The position numbers and the translations under genes were made by a program. A model generated the notes under the pieces. That model searched no databases. It was not told where the DNA came from and saw only the letters and a program-made list of their open reading frames with translations. Positions 1-12,069 of a DNA stretch of 64,000 nucleotides are shown here, one piece after another. The stretch is from Tubulanus polymorphus (lineage: Eukaryota; Animalia; Nemertea): the NCBI RefSeq assembly GCF_964204645.1, contig NC_134030.1, positions 16,616,110 to 16,680,109 of the forward strand. Reading direction: 5' to 3'. Positions within the stretch are counted from its first letter, which is position 1; every line of letters starts with the position of its first letter.

Positions 1-1937
1 ATTCAAATGCTCGTCAAATGAATTGGAAAACACTACGATATCATGGAGGTAAATTAGACATATTTTCCAGCTAAGACCTCGTAGCACGTTTTCCATCAGT
101 CGTTCAAAAGTGCTAGGCGCATTACATAAGCCGAAAGGTAAACGATTGAATTCAAATAGGCCACGACTACAGGTAAATGCGGTAATTGGTTTCGAATGTT
201 CATCAACCTCTAATTGCCAATAGCCAGAGCGCAAATCCAATGAAGTAAAATACTTTGGTTGGGCACTGCCTAGACTATCAATTATGTCGTCACAACGAGG
301 CATCGGGAATGAATCCTTCCGAGTTACCTCGTTACCTTTCGGTAGTCCACGCAGAACCGAGTCTGTCCATTTTTCTTTTTGACTAGCACGACCGGACTAC
401 TCCATGGTGAGTTCGATTCTCGGATAATGCCGGCACGTGCCATCTTGTCGACCTCTATCTCCTCTACTTGTCTCATCTCTGGGGTCCTCCGATACGCGCT
501 TTGTCTTATTGGTGGGTGTCCTTGAACATTTATAGTATGTTTAACTAAAGAGGTGTGGCCCAATTCATTATCATTGTTTGCAAAAACATCGCGATACTCC
601 ATTAGCAAATCTGACAATCTAAGTTTTTCCTGATTACTTAGTTTCGAGCCCGTCAGATCGACATCTGGCGGATCCGCATGAAAATTGGGAGTAGATGTGA
701 TGATATTGCATACCCCGGATTTGGTTGACCTTTCGGTTTTGACGATATCGTTCGTTACATTGAACGGTACAGTGGATAGATGACCTAGCGTGGTGTTTTT
801 GTATAACCTAATGGCTTTGACAGTTGGATTGCATATGCGGAAAGGAACTGTCTGATCTTGTACTAAAGCAATTACTTTTGCCCCGACAAGATTCGTTTTA
901 TGCAGCCTGGTATTTGGCTCTATTAGACATTCGGTGCCGTTTTGTACGTTTTTCATCACTTTAGCTGGTATGATAACTTCGGTAAAAGGGGGAATAATTT
1001 CGCTTTCCTGAACACAGACTCGAGCGTCATGGACTAAATCGAACTGTTTTTGCAATGATACAGGTTCGGTCCCTGGAAATTGCACAGTACCAGTTCCCAG
1101 ATCTAATATTGCACCATGAGGTGTCAGAAAGTCCATACCTAATATAACATCGTAAGCCAAATCGGCTGCGACTTGAGCTTGTATTTCAAATTTTCCTTGA
1201 CCGATCTCAAGTAGAAAGGTTGTGGTTCCTAGCATTCTGATAGGAGAGCCATTGGCCGAATGTACATTAGTACTAAATCCACTACATAACTCCTTATCTT
1301 TGAAATAGACCAAATTTTTAAATATAGAATGACTGATAACCGTAATCTCACTGCCACTATCAACAAGGACCGTGACGGTGTTTCCGCCTATCTTCCCATG
1401 AACGGAATTTGCCACTGAAGCCAGAATAGTTCGGGGAGTATCCCGTCCATTGATGACAGCCGATTCAAGTAAACTCTTCTTGACCCAGTTTACTAAGTTA
1501 TAAAAGAAATCGCGAGAAATGTCCCTAAGGCAGTAAATGTAATGTATGAGGCTCCACATAATTGATAAGCAAATAAAAGGTGTAATATCTATGAAAATAT
1601 TGAACAGTCGTTTTCCCGACAACCAGAAGTGTGCCAAGGTATCAGCACATTTCGATATAATGGAATAAAGTAGGGTAGTGAAAAAGATTATGTATGTTAA
1701 CACTTCTGAGAACACATCATAAGCCGATCGAGACACAGTCCGGGTTACATTTGTGAAATGAGCGTATTGACCAACTCCCCGTGGCTGGATAATAGTTTCA
1801 TCTTGTAACCCAGTTGGTTGGTGAAGTTGATGTGATATTGTAGGTTCTGATATGGTATGTTGTTGTGTAGGATGCGTGGGGTTTGTAATGTTGAGCCCGC
1901 TTATACCCACCGTATGACGGGCTGAATCTAGTTTCCC
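1..1937 (-). pseudogene. pol: Gypsy pol: aspartic protease and RT N-terminal half; frameshift near 330 and catalytic YLDD changed to YLHD
   Basis: ORF 324-1910 has VLVDSGSEIT and ILGMDFL. After a 1-nt deletion it continues RKDSFPMPRCDDIID...LDLRSGYWQ...LPFGLCNAPSTF...IYLHDIVVFS (YLHD at 40-51). Confidence 0.92.
1876..1937 (-). promoter_or_regulatory. -1 programmed ribosomal frameshift signal (G GGA AAC plus candidate H-type pseudoknot)
   Basis: Slippery heptamer at 1931-1937 directly before the gag TAG. The -1 frame reads into the pol ORF (GKLDSARHTVGISGLN). Stems AGCCCG/CGGGCT and GTGGG/CCCAC follow a 7-nt spacer. Confidence 0.8.
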
Positions 1938-4900
1938 TGATTCGGAGGCCTCTGGGCGGAAGTACTATGGTTATAGTTTCCGTAATTACGCGGCGATGCA
2001 TGGCGGGATTGGTATTGGTTTGTGTGCCTTGTGTATGAGTTTGAGGGCGGCTGATAAGTGTTTTGATAATTGTTGTGATTGTTCCGTCGTCCACGAAAAG
2101 ATTGTCCGTCCCTGCAGTAGTGAGCTGTGTGGCCTAAACGCTTACGCCGACCGCATATGGGTTCACCTGTCGTGCTACGTAAATTGCGTTGGGCACCCCC
2201 ATCTGTCGGCCTATTGTTCTGGGATTGAATACTACGGACCTCAGCCAGAAGAGAAGATATTTCCTCTTTTAGGGACTTCAAAATTTCAGACTCTGGGCTG
2301 CTAATTGCATTGACAGTAGGCGGGGTTTCTAGTTGATTAATTATCTCCGCCGTGCGGTTCCTGAACTTCGCTGAAAAAGCTGAATCACTGAAACGCTGAA
2401 ACGCAGAAATAAAAACGCTGAAATTTCAGGGAATTTCCGAAAAACGCCGAAATTTCAGGGAATTCCCGAAAAACGCTGAAATCGTGCTAGGTACCAACAA
2501 TACACGTTTTGAAATATTTTCCGGGCCGGTGTCCGCTGCCGAGTCCTGAACCGTGTTTTAGTCTCTACCTTCGGTTACAGAGACACGTATGGACAGTATG
2601 TGTGGAGTATACTTCTAGAGGGCCACTTGTTGGACAAATTAATTCGCTTGAAATCCGGATTTTTAATGCATACAGGCAGCATAATGAGGAAAACCCATTC
2701 ACAAACCGTGCAAGCCAACTTAAACACTATGCTCAATATTCCCTGCAAGACGCAAAATATCTTATTTGAACGTTCATGTATAAAACATGGAGTAACTTTT
2801 CTTTTGTCAACACATTGATGGGCGACGGACTATGTCACTATGGTATTCTCTGAAGGAGGTAAATTAAATTTGACAGCTAGTTATATAAATGATGCAGCTT
2901 TTGGACAAAAGGGATCTAACTAAATTTCTTTTTAATTCACTGTGGAATGGAATGGAATGGATTGACGCCAATGGCATGCAGTAGGCCCCTACGTATGGGT
3001 CATACTGATTAGCGTCAACCAATTAATCTAAATCGGGCTAACCATTCAACAACTGTGAATAATTTATTTGCTGTGGCGTGATAATAATTAGTTTTTTTGA
3101 AGAAATGACATACCAACTGTTAGAAAAATGTACCGATTCTTATTTTTAGACTACTACTGAATCTATAAAAGGAGGAGTCATAGACAAAGTTGATTTGCTT
3201 AGCTGGTGACACTTCTTGTCAAGTACATCATCTCAAGTACTGGGTGTTTTGTAAGTTTAATTTCAGTATTTATTTACTAAGTGCTGTTCTCTCAGACCTC
3301 AGTGCTTTCAAACTAGGCCCACCCCATAGGCTATATAGTCCAGGGTGTATTAGCCACTATTCTTTTATATCCGACTAAAATGCACCTTTTTCTATTTTTA
3401 GATGCAGGCTTAGAATGTGCAAATTTTTTGAGATACTGAGAAATCAGATGGCACCAGTAAACTTCAACTGCGAAATTTGCAGCAGGATAGCTGAACGACA
3501 CAATTTTTTAAAATAAAATGGCTATTCGAATGCTATTTCAATAATAACTTGATTCAACCAGAGAGAAATAAGTCAATTGCGGATGTACAGTACACCCACT
3601 TTTCTTCCCTGTTTCCTGGTACCAAATTTTTAGTCTTAAGCTAAGCGATATTCTAAGGTATACTAGTGGATTTCATTAGAATATGAAGCAATGGAACCAG
3701 AATTCTAGCCAGAGTTAAGCGAACTATTGATTCTGATATAATGTAAGAACTGATTTCCTTTGTACTCTTGCAGAATGTGTTATTTCAAGCTGTTAAATAA
3801 TATAGTTAGACAAATGTCCAATTATTGGATCTTTCTTGTTGACTCGTTTAATTTTGTGAGTATAGAGTTCCAGTCAATCCACAATGTGCAGTGCCTAGCC
3901 TTCATCTACACTAAAGCCATGCCTGTGTATGGGAAAAAAATATCGTTCGACTCCTATAGGCCAGACACATCAAAGCATGCAATACATTGCAGATAGTAGT
4001 CTCCGGCAAGTCGAAAGAGAAAGTAAACCAGGTTTTACCCCGTACCCTACCCGGGAACAAAGACACTTAAAGATTCCTTCCTCCTTGTAGAAATTGTAGA
4101 AATATGGCACCCAATTGTAGCAATGCTAAGTACAGTATACTATGACGGTTGAACCTTTATTAACGAATTTCAATGACACCGAAAATAGAATCAAAATAAT
4201 CATTAGTTCCATGCTAGCACTATATTTGGGTTATCAGGTTCAGCCTAACTGTACTTTCATTCAGCTACTACTTGTATGAGACTTGGCAATGATAAGTTGC
4301 AAGAAATCACCAAACATAAGAAAAAATATTGTGAATTAATATTACTGTGATTAAGAATTTATTCAAATGAAGTGATAACTTCATTGTTAGATCGTGCCGG
4401 TATATGCACATAAAACTATGGCAAAAAACACATCTAACAATTCACGCAATCCGCAATCGATCAAGTCGGTCATGACGACGACCTTAAGGCATGTCTCTGT
4501 AACCGAAGGTAGAGCATAAAACACGGTTCAGGACTCGTCAGCGGACACCGGCCCGGAAAACATTTCAAAACGTGTATTGTCGGTACCTAGCACGATTTCA
4601 GCGTTTTTCGGGAATTCCCTGAAATTTCGGCGTTTTTCGGAAATTCCCTGAAATTTCAGCGTTTTTATTTCAGCTTTTCAGTGTTTCCGCTTTTTCAGCG
4701 AAGTTCAGGAACCGCTCCGCCGTGAGGGCGTGATTAACGGCTTCATCAATCGACTTGGGGTGTTGTATTAGCACGAATTTTCGAAGGTCCGATCTTAACC
4801 CTGCGAGAAATATCTGTAGCCTAGATGCGGGAGGGGTTCCTAATTTAGAAAATTTAGATGTCAGATCTTCCGTAAATGACCGTACGGGCTCATGAGGACC

Positions 4901-5581
4901 CTGTTTCCTACCTAGCAGGGCCTGCTCCTGAACCCAATACAGGTCCTTTGGATCTAACTTCGACTGGAGACCATCCTTAATATGTGCATACGTAGGGGTC
5001 CCGGGGCCAGTTTATTGCGATATTATATCATCAAAGTGGTCCCGCGCAATATCTGTTAGATATGCGGGCAAAGCAGACGCTCTCACCCCATCACTCCACC
5101 GATTAAGTGACGCTAACGCCTCAAAATCGCGAATAAATCTCGAAAAATCTCTCGAAGATTTTCCTGAAAATTTCTCCAATTTAGGAGGATGGAAAAGTGG
5201 CTTCTCGAGCCTGTGAACTAAAAGATTTAGGTCGTCCTGATATTCTGCAGCCCTATCGGGGGTCACATGACAATACGACGCGATAGGTGGGGGCGGTGGT
5301 GTAGGTGGGGTAGCCACAGAATATATCGGCGATTGCATGCCCGGCGTCGGTGCTACTCGAGGTGGCGGCACCGCCGGTGGCTCAAATGCAGGCCGCAAAT
5401 ATGGAACATCAGCAGTCGACCGAGGGGTACTCGAGGCAAAAGTAACAGAAGTGACAGCGGGTGGATTAAATGAATGTGACGTTACGTATTCTCTCTGAAT
5501 ACGGGGTGGCCTAACCGTAACTGTGTTAGAATCGTCCTCACTCCCAGTGTCGGACTGTGTTACAACCGTATGAACCTCCAT
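1928..5581 (-). pseudogene. gag: Gypsy gag, with an in-frame TAA at 5012-5014 and a DNA-transposon insertion at 2354-4715
   Basis: Removing the insert plus one TSD gives continuous ...FLAGLRSDLRKFVLIQHPKSIDEAVNHALTAE|IINQLETPPTVNAISSPESEILKSLKEE. The CCHC knuckle is degenerate (CGRRKRLGHTAHYC). Confidence 0.88.
2354..4715. mobile_element. Non-autonomous DNA transposon with ~230-bp TIRs (MULE- or hAT-like) inserted in gag
   Basis: TIRs at 2354-2586 and 4492-4715 with repeated CGCTGAAA motifs. Direct repeat TCCGCCGT (8 bp, extendable to 10 bp CTCCGCCGTG) on both flanks. No transposase ORF. Confidence 0.9.
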
Positions 5582-5729
5582 AGAAAACAATTAAAATTCT
5601 ACACATTAATCGAAAATAGTAATTCAAGTAGGGACTCGCTTGGTATAGCAAGAAAATACGCTGAAAATGAAAGGTCGAATTAGTATAAAGAAAAAAAAAT
5701 AATTAGTAGCGTACTCACCAAGACCGTGG

Positions 5730-5739
5730 TTCTCCACCA
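5730..5739 (-). promoter_or_regulatory. Primer-binding site TGGTGGAGAA (tRNA-Ala type)
   Basis: Complementary to a tRNA 3' end TTCTCCACCA and located just inside the LTR. Confidence 0.8.
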
Positions 5740-5741
5740 GT

Positions 5742-6081
5742 TGATATAGAGGTCCTAGCTCAGAAGTAAGAACTACGGTTAATAGTTGGAAAATGTAATT
5801 TTATTGTAGTACTCAAAGCGAGAGCTGAGTGTAAGTGACCACGAGTCAGAGAAAAGAGAGAGAGCGACGTGTGTCTCTGGGTTTTAAACCCATGAGGACA
5901 CGTCATCAGGAGTGTTAAAACAATAGCCAGAAGGCTAGACATATTATCATTATTATCAGTACTGACCATATGACCAGCACACAGGACTTTGATTGATCAG
6001 GTCATGTGTCCCGAGCACTCGTCTTACGGAACAGTACTGCCTGTAAATAACATGTATTATTAACATACATTCTATATATCA
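5742..6081 (-). repeat. 5' LTR of the Gypsy element (340 bp)
   Basis: On the minus strand it starts TGATATATAGA and ends TCTATATCA (inverted TG..CA termini). AATAAA near 5800; PBS 2 nt downstream. Confidence 0.85.
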
Positions 6082-6344
6082 CATGTTTATTTTTATCCTG
6101 TCTGACCGCAGCCTGGAAAACAAAAAATTATAGAACTTTTCACGGAAGTTGTAGATGTTGAACACCAGACAAGACTGACATTAACTTTTAGTGGCTTTTA
6201 ACATATTTATGCCCCCTAGCTCATATCCTGCATTCGGTCATATGCAACTTAATTATTAACAAAATTAAGTCTAAGACAAACGAAATAAAATCATTTTAAT
6301 TGAATTTGAAAAGAAAGTAAACCTCATGGCTTGTGCGTGTTTAA

Positions 6345-7136
6345 AGGCCGAGGAGCAGTATAAAAGCCCAATCAATGTCAAAGATGGCAGTACCCATGAA
6401 GCAATAGTGCAGTGGAGAGCTCCTCCACTGGAAATCTCCTATTTTCTCTGTCATTTATCCGATTTGGACCCTCCTTTTTGTCCGACATATGTATTAATGT
6501 GTAATATATTCATTTCTGCAGTCAAAAATATGTTTTAGGCCCTCCTCTACGAGAAATTAAGCTTTTTATTTGGTATTTCCTTCAAAATTTGAATCTTTGA
6601 ATGACATAGAGGGAGGAGTTATCCAGTGAATTAGTGTAGCTCACAGAGCACATTAACAGTAATTTGATACCTATAGTCATCAGTATACATAAACAAAACA
6701 TAGCCTCGTTCATAGTACCAAAATTTGGCATCATCAAAACTTTTTCTATGGTCAATGGATCAGTCTGAAATTTCGTACACTTGTTTAGCTATCTACCATC
6801 AATGTTGTGTCCTAATTTCATCGAAATCGGATAAAAATTGATGATTTTCAAAAAATTTGAAATGTCTCTAAAATTTTTAATCTTGGCCCTATCTCTACAA
6901 AAAAAGATCGCTAGCATCAGATTTTCATTCCCACTATGACTAGATTATTTAAAATTAGTTTAGAACTTGATATGAAACCTTTTTTGAATTTGTCAAATTT
7001 TACTGTGTGTGACCTGCTTTTCTGTTGTGAGCCAACCTCGCGTACTCTAAACATTTTAAACAAGATACTGTAAAAGTGGGACGGCCGATCTCAAGTGTTT
7101 GCCACCCGGTTAACTAGCATCCATACTCCTCGGCCT
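6345..7136. mobile_element. Kolobok-like non-autonomous element
   Basis: TTAA on both flanks (6341-6344, 7137-7140), 11-bp TIR AGGCCGAGGAG, purine-purine termini. Confidence 0.8.
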
Positions 7137-7466
7137 TTAAGATACTTACAGAGTCGAGCATAGTACAACTTGATATTTAAGTTTTTCTTCTTCAACGTTG
7201 TGATAGTGATAGGACTCTAGATCGTCGTTATCAAATAACTCTGATAAAAGTGGCAAAGCCAGAGTTAAACTGTCACCCGCCGTCGCCATCATGGGTCTCC
7301 ACACTTCCTCCGATCGCATTCTATTTTACTTTTCACCGGAGAGTTCGAATGGAGGTTTCGGTCGCGATAAAAGAGTTCGCCCCTATTCTGACTGCGAATG
7401 CAGGTGGCGCAGAATTGGACAGGCGACCAGTCTAGAAATATCATAAACTCTGGAAGTTATGAACTG

Positions 7467-7810
7467 AGGCCTTTTTTCGAGCATCCGATTTTTGCGATCG
7501 ATTTCGTGAACGATTTGCTCCGATCGTACGATCGAATCGAACGTTCGTAAAAATGACGATGGATTTGGCTAATCACATTACATAAATATGGCGACGTTGA
7601 GGAAAAAAATGTATGGTTTCGAACTACCCGGTGCCGCCATCTTGGAAATCAAATCGCCAAATCGCTCGCCGAGCGAGTTGTTCGATTTCAAAAATCGATC
7701 GGAAAATCGTGTTCGTAAAAACGCCGATCGTGAAATCGATCGCAAAAATCGGTGCTCGTAAATGCGTTCCTACGATCGATCGCAAAAATCGGATGCTCGT
7801 AAAAACGCCT
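7467..7810. mobile_element. PIF/Harbinger-type MITE
   Basis: ~36-bp TIR AGGC(C/G)TTTTT(T/A)CGAGCATCCGATTTTTGCGATCGAT, 3-bp CTG TSD, internal CGATCG repeats. Confidence 0.8.
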
Positions 7811-7958
7811 CTGCAGGGTGCTTGATTCGTTACCCGGAGTACACCAAGTAATACACTAGTGAATCAGTTAGGCGGGAGCACTACCCCGGACTCTCCACTG
7901 CTACTCCGAGAAAATCAACGGTGTGATAGGTGTACCGCTAGATGGCGTTACTAGCAAA

Positions 7959-9121
7959 ATGGCGGATAAAAAGGATTCGGCGCCCACGTTGACTTTTTGT
8001 AAGTGTTCAATTTGCGGAAAAATGTTTGTTTCTGTCGATCTGATAAAAAAACATAAATGTTATGGTGAGTCCTTATATAAGACAACCATTCTGCACGTAT
8101 TAAGTCTTTGAAAATTGTCATGTAGTGTTTATCAATCTGCTTTTCAAAAACAAGGATCTCTCAATAATGCCATTGCCATTAATTAATGGCAATGCTGTCG
8201 TCAAGTATGTATTATATTACTTTTATTATAAATCTTCTTTTCTTTCATTACACAGTTGCCTCACGTGCTCAACTTCAATCAAAATCACAAGCCAAACCAG
8301 CTACAATTGCAGCGCCTCCTCAACGACAACAAGGAACAAAGCCGGAAATGGAATTCCAACAAGAAGAATCTGGCACGGTCTGGCGTGAGCAGTAATGCAT
8401 CTGAAGATGACCAGGTTCCAATTGACAATAAGCCTACATGTTCTAATGATAATAACAGTGCTGGTTGTGGTATGTAGGCCTATCTAGGCTTTGCTTCTCT
8501 CCCTGACCCTTTCTTATCCGACTTCTTGATCTCACAGCGATTTTAATAAATTTCTTATTCCATTTCAGATGATACTGCTACATGGAAAAGAGCAGAGTCG
8601 CTTCTTCTGATTGACATATATCGAGAATGGGAACCAAAAATCAAGAAAAAAAGGCCCTGTGGGAAAAAATAGCACAATTGATGTTGGCAAAATGTTATAA
8701 ATTTACTTGCGCACAAATAGAAAACAGATGGAAGACCCGTGTGAGAGGTTTGAAAAAAGTAAGCGACCACAATTCAAAAAGTGGTAACGAATGCCAGACA
8801 CACCCATTCGAAAATGAAATGGAATTTGTGTTTAAACGTCCTAACATCAAGCCTCATTATGTCGCGGGTTCAACCATAGATGAAGAAACTTGTGCCTCAG
8901 ATAGTAGCGAGTCGAGGACTGAGCGAGATGAGGTCCCACCCCCACCGCCAAAGAAGAGAAAATCGAACGTCTCCCAGGTATTAGATGTACTCAATGAGCA
9001 CATGACCGAACAAAGGGAATGGCAGGATTCTGCTAGGGCCCAACAGGAACGTATGCATAATGACAGAATGACCGTTATGAAGGGCTTCTTGGACCTGTTT
9101 AAAGACTTGAAGAAGAATTAA
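7959..9121 (+). pseudogene. Harbinger accessory gene: Myb/SANT-like (trihelix) DNA-binding protein, spliced and frameshifted
   Basis: Probable exons at about 7959-8064, 8255-8469 and 8569-9121 with GT/AG. Motifs WKRAESLLLIDIY..., LWEKIAQLM...QIENRWKT, NLS PPPKKRK and a C-terminal coiled coil. Convergent with the transposase. Confidence 0.8.
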
Positions 9122-9211
9122 ATCAAAGAATTAAAAATCGGATAAGCTGCTTTTTATTTTACATGAAAAATATTTTCAGTAACAATTTTTTTGTAACAAC
9201 GAGTTTTTGTA

Positions 9212-9716
9212 ATTAGGGTTTTCTGACTTTCGTCGAAAACCCTCTTGAAATTCTGTTGATTATTATTATTATTATATTATTTCCGCCGATTTCGTCAAAT
9301 AAAATTCATCTTCATTCAGATTCGGCAACTGACATTTTCGGAACGAAATGTATAAATTGATACTGTAATAACGGTCTCTCTGAACCAACAGATTGTCTGA
9401 ATGTACTTTCCGTCCTATTTGAAACTTAAAATTACTTATTAGGTTACTGTAAATAAAGAATTGAATTGAGTGTTAGACAAGCACCGGCGAAATTACAGTT
9501 TGTGACGTCATTTAGTAAGTAAATAAAGGAGGGCTCCGAGAATTTCAAAATCACGGGGGACTATACTGGGGTTAGACCATTAAACCAAAAGGAGGATTGC
9601 TCCGATAATATCCAAATCATCTCATTTTATTTTTTCCATCGAATACCCGGTAATTAATTTTTCCTTTCGATCACATGCATCTAGAAAACCCGTTATCGCT
9701 GCTTTGCAGCTATATT
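9212..9716 (+). mobile_element. Helentron-type non-autonomous element (HINE), family A
   Basis: 5' AGGGTTTTC...GAAAACCCT inverted repeat, (ATT)n microsatellite, 3' subTIR GAAAACCC plus hairpin GCTGCTTTGCAGC, T-rich flanks. Confidence 0.7.
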
Positions 9717-9792
9717 TTTATTTTATTTTTGTTAAATTTTATGCAAGTTGCAATAAATCAGTTTTTATTTATCATTTACTTCTAGTTGATTG

Positions 9793-10723
9793 TTACATGA
9801 AATAATCAGCAATTCTATTCCTCCTAGCAGTGGCTTCATCATCATCATCAAACCCGAATTCTAGCATCGCTTCCTGCTCTCCTTGACACGGTGTTTCATC
9901 ATCATCCCACAAGAAGTCATCGTTTATATCATCATTGAGTATACAGATATTATGGAATATGCAACAGACTAATATTGCATCAACTGCAGTTTTAATTGAC
10001 TTAGTGTCTATCATTTTAAGTTTTTCGAAATCTACCCTTCAATAGACCAAATGCTCTTTCGATGGCAACCCGTGCCGAAGAAAGTCTATGATTAGAACGA
10101 CGCTGTCTACGAGTTAGGTGTCCATTGTCACGAAAAGGTTTCATGAGACTCTTTCTTAATGGATAAGCACCGTCTCCAACGAGATAGTTGTTCTCACCAC
10201 AGTAGTTGGGTGCAATGTCAAACAAATCTGTGTTTCTAAAAAATTCGGGCATCATTCACACTTCCAGGCCAGCCAACAAGGACATGAATAAATGATAAAT
10301 TAGCAGTACAAACGCCTTGCAAAACAATTGAATGATATTTCTTTCTATTAACGTACACCTGTGCATGCTCATGTGGAGCTATAATGCTGATGTGTGTTCC
10401 ATCTAAAGCCCCAAGTATATTCGGAAATTGAGAGCTCATGAGAAATTCATCTTTTATTTTGTTCTTCGCAAAATCATCGAAGGTAATTTTATGAACTTTT
10501 TCTTCAAATGCGTCATAACTAAATTAAATACACGATTTCTAGATTTAAGAATGGTAAAATCAGTAACGCCAAAGCGATCAGCCATTCTATGTATTGTTTC
10601 CTGATGGGAAATATACCATATGGTTATAAGTAACTGTTTTTCGATCGTAATTGGTTTTCTCCCACCACACTCCTCATTAGGCCTTTGCCTTAAATATGGT
10701 CCTATATTCTGCATAATCACTTC
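9793..10723 (-). pseudogene. Harbinger DDE (HARBI1-like) transposase, frameshifted and 5'-truncated
   Basis: Four consecutive ORF pieces with GALDGTHI, GWPGSVNDARIF, VGDGAYPL, IERAFGLLKGRFR and CCIFHNIC. Confidence 0.93.
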
Positions 10724-11571
10724 CAGGGGCGGATCCAGGGGGATGGGTAGTCAGTATTGGAAGGAAATTTAAGGACACCTTTCTGATCTTAGGGCACACC
10801 CAGTATCCAGGTCAATGCGAGCGCCGAAGGTGCGAAGTCCTTAGAGGGGGGTCTGGGGGGCCCACCCCCATAAAATTTTGAAAATATGGTACCATTTAAA
10901 GGCTTTTAGAGGGCTTCTAGAGGCTAGCAGAGCAATCCAGAATAAACGAATTCGAGACAAGATTTCAACACATGCGGATAAAAAATGAAGCTGGCGAACC
11001 CATGAAAGAATGGTTGTCGCCAACTTCGCCTAGTGCCCCTATAATCTTTAAAAGTGCCCCTTAACAATTATACAGAATACGGCTAAGTGCCCCTTCATTG
11101 TTAACAATCGGCAAAAATTGCCTCGTCTTCACATTTATCCTTGTGTTGTGTGCCATCTTCCAAACCAAAAGTGCCCCTAAAATTTTAAAAATTAGGCAAA
11201 AAAGTGCCCTTTTCTTCAACATTTTCCGCGTATAGTGCCCTCTTCTAAAGTACGAGTGCCCCTTTAGCCCTCCCTGAAAAGGCAAAGAAGGACAAGGTGC
11301 CCTCATCTAAAGCATGAGTGCCCCTTGCAAAAGGAAAGTGCCCTTTTTAATTTAACATGATTAAAGGCTTTACAAATATGATTATCTCTCCTCACTTTCT
11401 TGGCAGCAGTATAAACCGATTAATTTTATAATTATGCCCGGATTACGGACACGGAATTAGCAGTTGCTGAAATAATGCCGTCAAAAATATTGTCGGTGAA
11501 ATTTCGAAGGGCACTTAAAATTTCTAGACCGTATTGGGCAACACGGCTAATACGGTCTGGATCCGCCCCTG
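10724..11571. mobile_element. hAT-type MITE
   Basis: 15-bp TIR CAGGGGCGGATCCAG and about ten internal AGTGCCC motifs. No TSD match, which suggests an adjacent deletion that removed the Harbinger 5' end. Confidence 0.75.
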
Positions 11572-12069
11572 ATTTCGTTTGAACGAATTGCGCTGAAGGA
11601 CCGAGTTCGTGGAACGGGATTCGAACCTAGTGTATTGGGCTACGTTACATCGTAGGGGAAGTCTAAATGTATAATTCGTAGACCGAAATGAAGGTGACTT
11701 TCAGCCATCTGATATAGTCAGATCCATTTGTTTTTCTGATAACACGGATACCGCTTGTTTCCGGTGTGCTCCAGAGTAACATTCGGAATACTCCGAATCG
11801 TCGAATCAAGCAGCCTGCTGGGGAACTCATGAACCCAAGGTGTCGTCTCAGGGCTTCCATACTATCCGGCTTGTCCGGAGTCCACGCCCGCGTTTTAGTG
11901 TTATCGTATTGTGTGGCGCTTCCTTTTTTCCATGATATGATGGGCGCGCTCAATTGTATTGCGTTATCGAACTAGGCCTACGCAACGTCGAACGAGAGAA
12001 GGTAGGCTTCAAGTCACAGGGAGACCTGACAAAAACAAAAATTGACCCCAGTATCCTAGGTACTATATA

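Larger units (their letters stand above)
1..6081 (-). mobile_element. Ty3/Gypsy LTR retrotransposon, 5' part (LTR-PBS-gag-pro-RT), inactive, runs off the window start
   Basis: LTR at 5742-6081, PBS at 5730-5739, gag with QGxxE, FLAGL and knuckle remnants, protease DSG, RT motifs SPWSSPVVLV, LDLRSGYWQ and LPFGL. Gene order is Gypsy-type. Confidence 0.95.

Noticed and set aside
1798-2304. Overlapping ORFs 1798-2094 (-) and 1996-2304 (+)
   Set aside because: Alternative-frame and antisense shadows of the gag C-terminus with no recognisable motifs.
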